A stretch of DNA of 64,000 nucleotides from an uncultured Caulobacteraceae bacterium (GTDB lineage Bacteria; Pseudomonadota; Alphaproteobacteria; Caulobacterales; Caulobacteraceae), in contig CAIYVC010000080.1 of NCBI GenBank assembly GCA_903929535.1, positions 4,999-68,998 on the forward strand, read 5' to 3'. The notes beneath the pieces were generated by a model. The model searched no databases. It had not been told where the DNA came from and saw only the letters and a list, made by a program, of their open reading frames with translations. A program made the translations under genes and the position numbers. Of the stretch, positions 1 through 9,183 are shown in pieces (the first letter of the stretch is position 1; each line of letters begins with the position of its first letter).

Positions 1-217
1 CCGCCAGGCCGCACGCCGCCTCCAGTGTCTTCAGTTGATCGGGAGCGATGGCCGCCTGCATCTGCTGGGCGGAAGGCGCGGCGATGGCCAGGGCTTGGCG
101 CAGGTCCCGGGGCGTTGAATGGGCTACGCAGTCCGCCGAACGCCGGCCCTGGGCCGCGGCGGCGCTGAACAGCAGCAGGGACAAAGCGACTCCAGACCAG
201 ACCGCGCTCTTGCGCAT
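1..217 (-). CDS. Partial CDS (N-terminal part only, runs off the window start): small exported hypothetical protein
   Basis: Absent from the ORF track because it is truncated by the window edge. My minus-strand translation from the ATG at 217 reads MRKSAVWSGVALSLLLFSAAAAQGRRSADC..., which looks like a signal peptide. A GAGGGA Shine-Dalgarno-like motif lies just upstream. It sits 10 nt downstream of the stop of the preceding minus-strand gene. Confidence 0.35.
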   Translation of the reverse strand, partial: MRKSAVWSGVALSLLLFSAAAAQGRRSADCVAHSTPRDLRQALAIAAPSAQQMQAAIAPDQLKTLEAACGLA

Positions 218-227
218 GGTTCCCTCG

Positions 228-1829
228 CTAGATTTCCGCTTCTGCGATCCTCTGCACGGCGGCGTAGTCCGTCTTGCCCGTGCCCAGCAGCACGGGCTCT
301 GCAACCTTCACGATCTTGCGTGGCACCGCAATGTCCGGCGCGCCGACCGCCTGGGCGTGGGCCAGAAGGTCGGCGGTCACTGCGTTGGGATCGTCCGTCA
401 CCAGCACCAGCCGTTCACCCTTCTTGGCGTCGCTGATCGACACCACCGCGCGCCAACAGTCGGGCCAGCGGTCCGCCGCCAGATCCTCGACCGCCGAAAG
501 CGAGATCATCTCGCCCGCGATCTTGGCGAAGCGCTTGGCCCGGCCCAGAAGGCGCAGGGCTCCGTCCGCCTCCAGCACCCCGACGTCGCCGGTGTCATGC
601 CAGCCGTCCGGCGGCGCCTCGATCTGGCCCGGCGCCACCAGATACCCGGCCATGATGTTGGGGCCCTTGATGTAGAGCCGTCCGCCGACAGGGATGCCTT
701 CCATCGGCTCCAGCCGGAATTCCTGGCCCTGCATCAGCGGTCCCACCGTGCCTGGATGGTTGGCCTCGGGCAGATTGACCGCGATCACCGGGCTGGCTTC
801 CGTTGCCCCGTAGCCTTCCAGCAGCTGCACGGTGGGGAACTTCTCGGCCATCATCGCCCGGGTGGAGTCGCGCACCTTCTCGGCGCCGCAGACCGCGATC
901 TTCAGCCCCGCCAGGTCCTGGGGATCGGCCGCGCGGGCGTATTGACCCATGAAGGTGTCGGTGGAGAGGAGGATGGTGGCCCGGCTCTCCCTGATCAGGT
1001 CGATCACGATTTTCGTATGCAGGGGCGAGGGATACTCGAAGACCTTCATGCCTACGAGCAGCGGCAGCACCACCCCGCCGGTCAGGCCCAGGGAGTGGAA
1101 CACCGGCATCGGGTTGAACATGATCCACTCGGCGTCGATGTCGATGTGGGCCGCCACCTGCAGCGCGTTGGAGACCATGTTGGCCTGGGTCAGGACGACG
1201 CCGCGCGGCGCGGCGAAGCTGCCGGAGGTAAACAGGATCACCCCGATGTCGCTGGACTTCACCGGCTTGCGGAACAGGCGGGGCAGGGCGCCCGCCATCA
1301 GGGCGTAGAGGCGGTCCGGCGTGCCGATGCTGGCGCGTACATCCTCCAGATAGACGATCTCGGAGACGCCCTTCAGCTCCTCGACCAGCTCCTCCAGCTT
1401 GGCCTGGTCGACGAAGCGCTTGGAGGTGAGCACCAGTTTCGCTTCGGCCAGGGCGATGGCGGCCTTCAGGTTGCGTCCGCCCGAGGTGAAGTTGAGCATG
1501 GTCGGCACGCGGCCAATGGCCTGCAGGGCGAAAAGGGTCACCGCCGCTCCCGCGCTGGTGGGCAGCAGCAGCGCCACCCGTTCGCCGGCCTCGGTCCTGG
1601 CGGCGATCTTGCGCCCGAGCGCGAAGGAGGCGCGGATCAGGTCGCGGTAGGAGAGGGGCTTGCGGTCCTGGTCTTCCAGGATCGGCTTCTTGATCCCGAA
1701 CGTCCGGGACGCGTCGATCAGGGCGTCGAATAGGCCAATCTGGCCCTTCCGGGGATCGAACACGCGCGCCACGGGGATGCCTTTTCGGTTACAGCCGGGC
1801 CAGACTAGCGACGCTCTCGCCCTTAGCAA
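228..1829 (-). CDS. AMP-dependent synthetase/ligase (acyl-CoA or acyl-ACP synthetase-like)
   Basis: 533-aa ORF with adenylate-forming enzyme motifs (ILFTSGSFAAPRGVVLTQ = AMP-binding T-S-G-box; GYGATE; WHDTGDVG; GRAKRFAKIAGEMISL). The true start may be an internal GTG at 1772 or 1763. Confidence 0.8.
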   Translation of the reverse strand: MLRARASLVWPGCNRKGIPVARVFDPRKGQIGLFDALIDASRTFGIKKPILEDQDRKPLSYRDLIRASFALGRKIAARTEAGERVALLLPTSAGAAVTLFALQAIGRVPTMLNFTSGGRNLKAAIALAEAKLVLTSKRFVDQAKLEELVEELKGVSEIVYLEDVRASIGTPDRLYALMAGALPRLFRKPVKSSDIGVILFTSGSFAAPRGVVLTQANMVSNALQVAAHIDIDAEWIMFNPMPVFHSLGLTGGVVLPLLVGMKVFEYPSPLHTKIVIDLIRESRATILLSTDTFMGQYARAADPQDLAGLKIAVCGAEKVRDSTRAMMAEKFPTVQLLEGYGATEASPVIAVNLPEANHPGTVGPLMQGQEFRLEPMEGIPVGGRLYIKGPNIMAGYLVAPGQIEAPPDGWHDTGDVGVLEADGALRLLGRAKRFAKIAGEMISLSAVEDLAADRWPDCWRAVVSISDAKKGERLVLVTDDPNAVTADLLAHAQAVGAPDIAVPRKIVKVAEPVLLGTGKTDYAAVQRIAEAEI

Positions 1830-1876
1830 CGGCGCATCACTTGATCATTGGCCAGCAAAGGCCGATTTAGGCCTCT

Positions 1877-2833
1877 ATGGTCACGGTCATCGACACCCTT
1901 GAATCGCGCGCCCTGCGTCACCCCGAGAAACAGGCGCGCCCGGACAGTCCGATCCTGAAGAAGCCGGAGTGGCTGCGCGTTAAGGCGCCGGGGTCCGCCG
2001 GTTATCGCGAGACGCAGGCGATCGTCAAAAGCCACGGCCTGGTCACCGTCTGCGAAGAGGCGGCCTGCCCCAATATCGGCGAGTGCTGGAGCGTGTCGCA
2101 CGCCACCATGATGATCATGGGCGACACCTGCACGCGCGCCTGCGCCTTCTGCAACGTCAAGACCGGCCTGCCGGACGCCCTGGACCCCACCGAACCGGCC
2201 CGCGTCGCCGACGCCGTGGCCAAGATGGGCCTGAAGCATGTGGTCATCACCTCGGTCGACCGTGACGACCTGACCGACGGCGGCGCCCTGCATTTCGCCG
2301 AAGTGGTGCGCGCCATCCGCAAGGCGGCTCCGCAGACCACTATCGAGATCCTGACCCCCGACTTCCTGCGCAAGGACGGGGCGGCCGAGACGGTGATCGA
2401 CGCCAAGCCGGACGTGTTCAACCATAACCTCGAAACCGTGCCGCGCCTCTATCTGAAGATCCGGCCCGGCGCCCGCTACTACCACTCCCTGCGCCTGCTG
2501 GAGCGGGTCAAGGAGCGCGACCCGGAGCAGTTCACCAAGTCCGGCGTCATGGTCGGTCTCGGCGAGACCAAGGAAGAGGTCATGCAAGTGATGGACGACA
2601 TGCGCTCGGCGGGCGTCGATTTCATCACCATCGGCCAGTATCTGCAGCCGACCCGCAAGCACGCTGCCATCGACCGTTTCGTCGAGCCGGCGGAATTCCA
2701 GGCGCTGGAAGCCATCGCCCGAGCCAAGGGCTTCCTGATGGTGTCCTCCAGCCCCCTGACGCGGTCCTCGCACCACGCGGGCGAGGATTTCGCCAAGCTG
2801 CAGACCGCCAGACGCGCGCTTTCAGGACGCTGA
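1877..2833 (+). CDS. lipA: Lipoyl synthase
   Basis: 318 aa. Carries both LipA cysteine clusters ([13 protein letters not shown] and [10 protein letters not shown], the radical-SAM CxxxCxxC) and has typical LipA length. Confidence 0.97.
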   Translation: MVTVIDTLESRALRHPEKQARPDSPILKKPEWLRVKAPGSAGYRETQAIVKSHGLVTVCEEAACPNIGECWSVSHATMMIMGDTCTRACAFCNVKTGLPDALDPTEPARVADAVAKMGLKHVVITSVDRDDLTDGGALHFAEVVRAIRKAAPQTTIEILTPDFLRKDGAAETVIDAKPDVFNHNLETVPRLYLKIRPGARYYHSLRLLERVKERDPEQFTKSGVMVGLGETKEEVMQVMDDMRSAGVDFITIGQYLQPTRKHAAIDRFVEPAEFQALEAIARAKGFLMVSSSPLTRSSHHAGEDFAKLQTARRALSGR

Positions 2834-2840
2834 ACCGCCC

Positions 2841-3311
2841 GTGCGCCGGCACACCGTCACCAAGGTCCTGCCGTTCCAGCCCAACCAGCTGTTCGAAATG
2901 GTCGGCGACGTGGACCGCTACCCCGAGTTCGTTCCCTGGCTGACCACCATGCGGACTTGGAACCCCCAGGAACTGGAGCCCGGCGTCACCGCGGTCGATG
3001 CGGAGGCCGGCATCGGCATCTCGGTCCTGCGCGAACGCTTCTCCACCCGCGTGACCCGCGACGCCAATAGCCGCCGGATCAATGTGGCGCTGCTGAGCGG
3101 GCCGTTTCGCGTGCTGAAGAACGACTGGCTGTTCCGCCAGCACGAGCGCGGGACCCAGGTCGAATTCGCCATCGACTTCGAATTCAAGTCCCGCCTGCTG
3201 GACGCCTTCCTGGCCGCCAACATGGACCGGGCCATCGACAAGCTGATCGCCTGTTTCGAGGCGCGGGCGAGGGCGCTCTACGGCCAGCCCGCCGTGACCC
3301 AGATCGTCTAG
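2841..3311 (+). CDS. SRPBCC/START-fold protein, RatA/COQ10-like (often auto-annotated as 'RatA toxin')
   Basis: 156 aa, GTG start, immediately downstream of lipA as is common in alphaproteobacteria. Has the polyketide-cyclase/COQ10-like motif pattern (YPEFVPW..., FRVLKNDWLF). Confidence 0.8.
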   Translation: MRRHTVTKVLPFQPNQLFEMVGDVDRYPEFVPWLTTMRTWNPQELEPGVTAVDAEAGIGISVLRERFSTRVTRDANSRRINVALLSGPFRVLKNDWLFRQHERGTQVEFAIDFEFKSRLLDAFLAANMDRAIDKLIACFEARARALYGQPAVTQIV

Positions 3312-3799
3312 GCCAGCGCTTCCGCCAGCATTTCCAGCGCTGTCCGGACGCTGGCCAGCCTTACCGTCTCGCGCCCGATGTCGCCGAACCGCATTTCGCG
3401 GTGCGCCGTTGGGCGGCCCTGACGCGCCACGGCGAAATGGACCAGGCCCACCGGCTTTTCCGCGCTGCCGCCGCCGGGACCCGCTACGCCGGTGATCGAG
3501 ACCGCGGCGCCTACGCCCGCCGCCCGCAGGCCGCCCTCGGCCATGGCCCGCGCCACAGGCTCAGACACGGCTCCATGCGCATCGATTAGAGCGGGCGCCA
3601 CGCCCACCAGAGCCGTCTTGGCCGCGTTGCTGTAGGTGACGAAGCCCCGGTCCACCACGTCCGACGATCCCGGCACGGCCGTCAGTGCGCCGGCTACGAG
3701 CCCGCCCGTGCAGCTTTCCACCGTCGCCAGCGTCAAGCCGGCGCTCCGAGCCAGATCCAGCACCCGGCGCGCCAGCTGGTCGATGTCTTCAGGAAACAT
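3308..3799 (-). CDS. CinA-family protein (PncC-type nicotinamide-nucleotide amidohydrolase domain)
   Basis: The ORF track gives 3308..3865. I place the start at the ATG at 3799 (MFPEDIDQLARRV...). CinA C-terminal domain motifs are present (ATVESCTGGLVAGALT, GFVTYSNAAK, SITGVAGPGGG). Its stop overlaps the convergent SRPBCC gene. Confidence 0.85.
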   Translation of the reverse strand: MFPEDIDQLARRVLDLARSAGLTLATVESCTGGLVAGALTAVPGSSDVVDRGFVTYSNAAKTALVGVAPALIDAHGAVSEPVARAMAEGGLRAAGVGAAVSITGVAGPGGGSAEKPVGLVHFAVARQGRPTAHREMRFGDIGRETVRLASVRTALEMLAEALA

Positions 3800-3871
3800 T
3801 GGACGCTCCGCCAAACTTGCGGGAACGATGAACCTGGATAACCATGGTCTGACAAGCCCGCCCAACGAGGC

Positions 3872-6103
3872 TTGCCGAATGCGATGCGCCGGGGAGGGCG
3901 GATGGCTGAGGCGGTTGGTGTAGGATCGCGTCCCATACCTTCGGCGCTGTTCGCCGGGGCGGTGTTCGCTAGCGCCGGCCTGGTCTTCCTGGTCGAACCC
4001 ATGATTGCGCGCATGGTGCTACCCCTGCTGGGCGGGTCGTCGTCGGTGTGGAACACCAGCCTGGCCTTCTTCCAGGCCGCGCTCCTGGCGGGCTACGCCT
4101 ACGCCCACCTCCTTCAGCGGGTGCGGACGCTGCGGACTCAGATGGTCGTGCACCTTGCGGTTCTGGCCTTGGCCGCCGCCTTCCTGCCGCTGCGGATATC
4201 CGAGGCGCTCGGGCCGCCATCCTCAAACCAGCCGGCGATGTGGTTGCTGGGCGTGCTGCTGGTTTCCGTCGGAGCGCCGTTCGCAGCCCTGTCAGCCACC
4301 GCGCCGCTGCTGCAAGCCTGGTACGCCCGTCTCGGACCGGAGGGTCTGACGCGAAACCCCTATGTCCTTTACGCCGCCAGCAACCTCGGCAGCCTGATCG
4401 CCCTGATCGCCTATCCGCTGGTGGCCGAGCCCCTGCTGCGGCTGCACGTCCAGGCGCAGCTATGGACCGTGGGCTATGTGCTGTTCGCCCTGCTGGTGAT
4501 CGGACTGACCCTGGCGGCGCGCAAGGAGGTCGACTCGGGCACCCAGCTGCTTTCGGCTCCGCCGGTGGCCTGGCGGGAGCGTCTGGTCTGGATCGGGCTT
4601 TCCGCGGCCACCTCCAGCCTGCTGCTGGGCGTCACCGCCCACGTCACCCAGGATGTGGCGTCTGCGCCCTTCCTCTGGGTCATCCGGCTGGCCCTCTATC
4701 TGCTGAGTTTCGTCTTCGCCTTCCAGGAACGCTCGGCGATCCCGCAGGGGTGGGCCCTCTATTTGCAGGCCGGCTTCGCGCCCTTCGCCGCCGCCCTCTA
4801 CAGCCTGCTGCAGGCCCCGTGGATTGAACAGCTGGCCGCCAATCTGGGCGCCTTCTTCTTCACCGCCATGGTCTGCCACCAGTCGCTGGCGGCCAGGAAG
4901 CCGGATCCCGCCCGGCTCACCGACTTCTACCTGTCGATGTCGGTCGGCGGCCTGATCGGCGGCGCCTTCAACGCCTTCGCCGCGCCGGTCGTGTTCAACG
5001 CGATCTGGGAATATCCGATCGTCATGGGGCTGGCCTGCTTGGCGCGCCCGTGGGGACGGGGGCGGCTGGATCACTGGAGCATTGGACTGATCGCCTGCGC
5101 CGCCATCTGTCTGGCGACCCTGCTGCTGCCCAAGGTGGTCAGCTTCAACCTGGTGATGATGCTCCTGACCGTGGTCGGCTGCTGCGCCTTCCTGCTGCGG
5201 CGGCATGGCGCGATCTTCGCCGTGCTCGTCCTGGCCTTAGGGGTGGTCAGCTACGATCAGCTGTTCAAGGGCCAGCGCGAGACCCACCGCAGCTTCTTCG
5301 GCATGGTGCAGCTGATCCGCGCCCCGGCGCCGGTGTTCGGGACGGTCAAGCTGATGGTGCACGGCTCGACGCTGCACGGGGCTCAGGCCGAGCGGCCCAG
5401 CCAGCGCTGCATCCCCACCACCTACTACGGCCCCGGCACGCCGATCGCTCAGGTGGTGCGCGTCGAGCAGGCGATACGGCCGGCGGTGCGGATCGGCGTC
5501 GTAGGCCTCGGCTCCGGCACCATGGCGGCCTTCACCCGCAAGGCCGACAGCCTGCGCTTCTTCGAGATCGACCCCCTGATCGTGCGGCTGGCGACCGACC
5601 CCAGCAAGCTGAGCTTCGTCAACGGCTGCGCTCAGGGCGCCGTGTCGGTCACGGTCGGAGACGCCCGGCAATCGCTGAACCAGGTCCCCGACGGCGCCTT
5701 CGACATGCTGTTGATCGACGCCTTCTCCTCAGACAGCGTGCCGACCCATCTGCTGACCGTGGAAGCGATCCGCACCTATCTGCGGGTCATCAAGCCGGAC
5801 GGAGTCGTGGTCCTGCACCTGTCCAACCGCAACCTGGAGCTGGAAGGGCCGGCGGCGGCCTCGGTGCGTGGGGCAGGGGGCGTTGCTCTGGTGCAGGACT
5901 ACTTCAGCCCGGCGCCCAGCCCCTATGTGGAGTCCAGCGCCCAGGCTGTGCTGGCGGGCCGCACTCTGGCGGCGCTCAAACCTTTCCAGGCGAGGGGTGA
6001 TTGGGCGGCGCCGCGGCTGAAGGCGCGGGCCTGGACCGACGACTACGTCAATGTGTTCGGCGCCCTGATCCAGCGGATGCGCCACTCGACCTGGGGTAGC
6101 TGA
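3872..6103 (+). CDS. Polytopic membrane protein fused to a spermidine-synthase-like (class I MTase fold) C-terminal domain
   Basis: 743 aa. The N-terminal ~480 aa are strongly hydrophobic (many predicted TM helices). The C-terminal part has PABS/spermidine-synthase-like motifs (VGLGSGTMA, FEIDP, VGDARQ, LLIDAFSSDSVPTHL). The start could be the ATG at 3902. Confidence 0.75.
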   Translation: MPNAMRRGGRMAEAVGVGSRPIPSALFAGAVFASAGLVFLVEPMIARMVLPLLGGSSSVWNTSLAFFQAALLAGYAYAHLLQRVRTLRTQMVVHLAVLALAAAFLPLRISEALGPPSSNQPAMWLLGVLLVSVGAPFAALSATAPLLQAWYARLGPEGLTRNPYVLYAASNLGSLIALIAYPLVAEPLLRLHVQAQLWTVGYVLFALLVIGLTLAARKEVDSGTQLLSAPPVAWRERLVWIGLSAATSSLLLGVTAHVTQDVASAPFLWVIRLALYLLSFVFAFQERSAIPQGWALYLQAGFAPFAAALYSLLQAPWIEQLAANLGAFFFTAMVCHQSLAARKPDPARLTDFYLSMSVGGLIGGAFNAFAAPVVFNAIWEYPIVMGLACLARPWGRGRLDHWSIGLIACAAICLATLLLPKVVSFNLVMMLLTVVGCCAFLLRRHGAIFAVLVLALGVVSYDQLFKGQRETHRSFFGMVQLIRAPAPVFGTVKLMVHGSTLHGAQAERPSQRCIPTTYYGPGTPIAQVVRVEQAIRPAVRIGVVGLGSGTMAAFTRKADSLRFFEIDPLIVRLATDPSKLSFVNGCAQGAVSVTVGDARQSLNQVPDGAFDMLLIDAFSSDSVPTHLLTVEAIRTYLRVIKPDGVVVLHLSNRNLELEGPAAASVRGAGGVALVQDYFSPAPSPYVESSAQAVLAGRTLAALKPFQARGDWAAPRLKARAWTDDYVNVFGALIQRMRHSTWGS

Positions 6104-6106
6104 GGC

Positions 6107-6925
6107 CTAGAGCGGCTTGCGCGTCAGATAATAGAGGGTCGAGGACGCCCGCTCGGCGGCGTCCGCCGTGATCTTGCCTTCGCCGTCATAGACGTTGACC
6201 AGTTCCAGGCCTGCCGCCTCCACCTGCCGCCGCGTCTCCGCCGCACCCGCATAGTAGTGCGGACTGGCGAAGTCGTTGCCGGGGTCGGTCATCACCGCAT
6301 AGCGGTCGGTGCGGACAGCGGCCTTTTGATTACGCAGCCAGTTGCGGATGCGCACCCCAACGCGCCCAATCGCCTTGGCGGTCTTGAGCGGAGAAGACGA
6401 GATCTTCACGCGGAACATGTCGGCCAGGAAGCCGCCCTTGCCGGTCCAGTCGAGGTTGTGGCCGCTGAACACGAAGGCCCCGCCCGGCTTAAGGACCCGG
6501 GTCACCTCGGCCATGATGACCGCGCGGCTGGCGTCGTTTACCGAGTCCAGGCCGTTGAAGGAGAACAGGACGAAGTCGAAGGCGCCATCCCGGAACATCG
6601 GCATGCGGCGGGCGTCGGCTCGGCGCAGGTCCAGTCCAGGCAGGCTGGCCTTGGCGGCGGCGATCATGCTGATGCTGAAATCGATGCCGACGTAGCGGCG
6701 GGCGTCGGGCGCCAGCACCGCCGTGGTGCGGCCGCCGCCGATGCCGATGTCGAGCACGTCGCGGTCCGCCCAATGGGCGCGGGAATCGGCGAGCACGACC
6801 TCCTCTGCGGGAGTCAGTCCGGACAGGGCCGCATACCAGCGTGTGATGCCTGGGTGCAGATAGGCTCCCAGGTTTCTCGCTGCGACTATGTCCTGATCGT
6901 CGGCCGGGGGGGACGGCTGGCGCAA
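6107..6925 (-). CDS. Class I SAM-dependent methyltransferase
   Basis: 272 aa with SAM-binding motif I (VLDIGIGGGRTT) and post-I/II motifs (GIDFS..., LKPGGAFVFSGHN). Confidence 0.8.
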   Translation of the reverse strand: MRQPSPPADDQDIVAARNLGAYLHPGITRWYAALSGLTPAEEVVLADSRAHWADRDVLDIGIGGGRTTAVLAPDARRYVGIDFSISMIAAAKASLPGLDLRRADARRMPMFRDGAFDFVLFSFNGLDSVNDASRAVIMAEVTRVLKPGGAFVFSGHNLDWTGKGGFLADMFRVKISSSPLKTAKAIGRVGVRIRNWLRNQKAAVRTDRYAVMTDPGNDFASPHYYAGAAETRRQVEAAGLELVNVYDGEGKITADAAERASSTLYYLTRKPL

Positions 6926-6949
6926 TACGGTTTTGTCTCCGATGTCCGC

Positions 6950-8092
6950 CTAGGCGGGTGTTTCAACGCTCGCTATAGCCTGCGCCAGTATGCCTTCCTC
7001 ACGTCCGGTGTAGCCCATGCCCTCGGTCGTGGTCGCTTTGACGCTGATCCGGTCGATGGGCAGGTCGAGAATTTCAGCCAGTTTGGACCGCATCGCCTCG
7101 CGATGGGGTTTAATTTTCGGGCGCTCGCAAATCAGGGTCACATCGACATTGATCAGGGCGCCGCCAGCGCTGCGCACCAGGTCGCCTGCATGCTTCAGGA
7201 ACAGATGCGAGGGCGCGCCCTTCCATTGCGGATCGGTCGGCGGGAAATGGTCGCCGATGTCGCCCTGGCCGATGGCGCCGAGAATCGCGTCGGTGATGGC
7301 GTGTAGGCCCGCGTCGGCGTCCGAATGACCGATCAGGGCCTTGTCCGAGGGAATCTTGATCCCGCACAGCCAGACCCCGTCGCCGGGTCCCAGCCGATGC
7401 GCGTCCACACCCTGGCCGGTGCGGGTGATGCGGGCCGAGCCCGCCAGCCGTTCGGCCATCAGGAAATCCTCCGGATAGGTCAGCTTCATCAGCATGGGAT
7501 CGCCCGGAACAAGCCGCACCTTACCGCCGGACGCCTCGATCACCCCGGCGTCGTCGGTGGGCGCCTCGGCGTCGCTCCAGGCCGCGTAGGCGACGTTCAG
7601 GGCGCTGATGCGGAAGGCTTGAGGCGTCTGGGCGCGCCAGAGCCCGTCGCGGGAGGCGGTTACGATGGTGTCGCCGGCTTCGCGCTTGATCGTGTCGGCG
7701 ACGGGCAGGGCGAGGATGGCGCCGTCGGCCCCCTCCATGCCCTCGAGCAGGGAGCGGATATGGCCCATCCCCAGGAAGGGCCGGGCCGCGTCATGAATCA
7801 TGACGATCTCGTCGTCCCAGGCCAGGGCGCGCAAGCCGGACATCACCGACTGAGCCCGGGTCGCTCCGCCCTCGGCGAAGATCAGCCCCTTCATGTCGCC
7901 GAGCAGCGCCTTGGCGGTATCGACCTCTTGAGGCGGCACGACCGCGACGATCGTCTTCGCACCTGCAGCGTAAAACGCCTCGATCGACCAGCGCGCGACG
8001 GGTTTTCCCGCCACTGTACGCCATTGTTTCGAGAGGCCGCCCCCGGCCCGCGAGCCCGATCCGGCCGCTACGATGATCGCCGCAAAATCCAT
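6950..8092 (-). CDS. ispDF: Bifunctional 2-C-methyl-D-erythritol 4-phosphate cytidylyltransferase / MEcPP synthase
   Basis: 380 aa. N-terminal IspD motifs (IVAAGSGSRAGG, HDAARP) and C-terminal IspF motifs (GQGVDAHR, GHSDADAGLHA, ATTTEGMGYTGR). Confidence 0.95.
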   Translation of the reverse strand: MDFAAIIVAAGSGSRAGGGLSKQWRTVAGKPVARWSIEAFYAAGAKTIVAVVPPQEVDTAKALLGDMKGLIFAEGGATRAQSVMSGLRALAWDDEIVMIHDAARPFLGMGHIRSLLEGMEGADGAILALPVADTIKREAGDTIVTASRDGLWRAQTPQAFRISALNVAYAAWSDAEAPTDDAGVIEASGGKVRLVPGDPMLMKLTYPEDFLMAERLAGSARITRTGQGVDAHRLGPGDGVWLCGIKIPSDKALIGHSDADAGLHAITDAILGAIGQGDIGDHFPPTDPQWKGAPSHLFLKHAGDLVRSAGGALINVDVTLICERPKIKPHREAMRSKLAEILDLPIDRISVKATTTEGMGYTGREEGILAQAIASVETPA

Positions 8093-8181
8093 GTGCCTGT
8101 TTGATATGCGACAGAAGTGTTGTCCAGACTCGACATTGCGTCAGTTATGCCTAAAAATGGGGCTGAGGGGATGATTAAATA

Positions 8182-9183
8182 ATGTGCAGCTTGCGTATCG
8201 GATCTTTTGAGGTGTCGGGGCGGGCTTGGCTCGCGCCGATGACCGGTATCTCCGATCTGCCGTTCCGCCGCACCGCAGCACGACTGGGCGCCGCCTATGT
8301 CGCGACCGAGATGGTGGCCTCAGCTGAATTTGCGAAGGGCCGGCCCGACGTCGTGCGCCGCGCGGCGATCGGCGAAGGTCTGCCGCTGATGGTGGTTCAG
8401 CTGGTCGGGCGTGAGGCCCACTGGATGGCGCGCGGCGCCAAGCTGGCCGCCGAGGCCGGCGCCGACATCATCGACTTGAACTTTGGCTGCCCCGCCAAGG
8501 AAGTCACCGGCGTGCTGTCCGGTTCGGCCCTGATGCGCGACCTGAACCTGGCCCAGTCCCTGATCGGGGCGGCGGTTGAGGCGGTCGACAAGCCGGTCAC
8601 CGTCAAGATGCGCCTGGGCTGGGACGATTCGGCCCGCAACGCCCCCGAACTGGCCGCCCGCGCCGAGGCCTCCGGCGCCGCCGCCGTCACCATCCATGCC
8701 CGCACCCGCTGCCAGTTCTACAGCGGTCGCGCCGACTGGAACGCGGTCAAGGCGGTCAAGGACGCGGTTTCCATTCCCGTCATCGTCAACGGCGACATCG
8801 TGGACGCCGCCAGCGCCAAGACCGCCCTGGAGCAGTCCGGGGCCGACGCGGTGATGATCGGCCGCGGCGCCTATGGCCGGCCGTGGCTGGCGCGCGACAT
8901 CGACGCGGCCCTGCAGGGGCGCTCCACAACCGAACCCGGCGCCGAAGAGCGGCTGCAGATCGTGGTGCGGCATTTCGACGAGGCGCTCGATTTCTATGGC
9001 GAAGGCCTTGGCCTGAAGGTCTTCCGTAAGCATCTCGGCTGGTATGTCGAAGCGGCTCCCTGGCCGGCGGACGCCGCCGTGCGGCGCGAGGCCAAGAGCC
9101 GGCTCTGCCGTCTGGAGCGGCCGGACGAGGTGAGGGCGGGTCTTCGGGCGCTATGGCAGGACAGCGAGCGGTTGGCGGCATGA
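8182..9183 (+). CDS. dusB: tRNA-dihydrouridine synthase B
   Basis: 333 aa with Dus family motifs (APMTGISDLPFR, DLNFGCPAKEV, VTVKMRLGWD, IVNGDI). The stop overlaps the ntrB start (ATGA at 9180-9183). Confidence 0.93.
   Translation: MCSLRIGSFEVSGRAWLAPMTGISDLPFRRTAARLGAAYVATEMVASAEFAKGRPDVVRRAAIGEGLPLMVVQLVGREAHWMARGAKLAAEAGADIIDLNFGCPAKEVTGVLSGSALMRDLNLAQSLIGAAVEAVDKPVTVKMRLGWDDSARNAPELAARAEASGAAAVTIHARTRCQFYSGRADWNAVKAVKDAVSIPVIVNGDIVDAASAKTALEQSGADAVMIGRGAYGRPWLARDIDAALQGRSTTEPGAEERLQIVVRHFDEALDFYGEGLGLKVFRKHLGWYVEAAPWPADAAVRREAKSRLCRLERPDEVRAGLRALWQDSERLAA

Noticed and set aside
48-1733. Very long ORFs antisense to, or frame-shifted against, recognised genes (e.g. 48..1733 +, 8786..9829 -, 8994..10121 -, 16752..17828 -, 25599..26825 +, 39097..40191 +, 60409..61581 +, 62160..63938 +).
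   Set aside because: Their translations are Arg/Gly/Ala/Pro-rich low-complexity strings with no motifs, and each fully overlaps a gene with strong family signatures. This is the usual stop-codon-poor artefact of ~68% GC DNA.
2841-3311. 'RatA toxin' as evidence for a toxin-antitoxin module.
   Set aside because: No small antitoxin ORF is adjacent, since the gene is flanked by lipA and a convergent cinA-family gene. The lipA-linked SRPBCC/COQ10-like protein is a conserved housekeeping gene in alphaproteobacteria.
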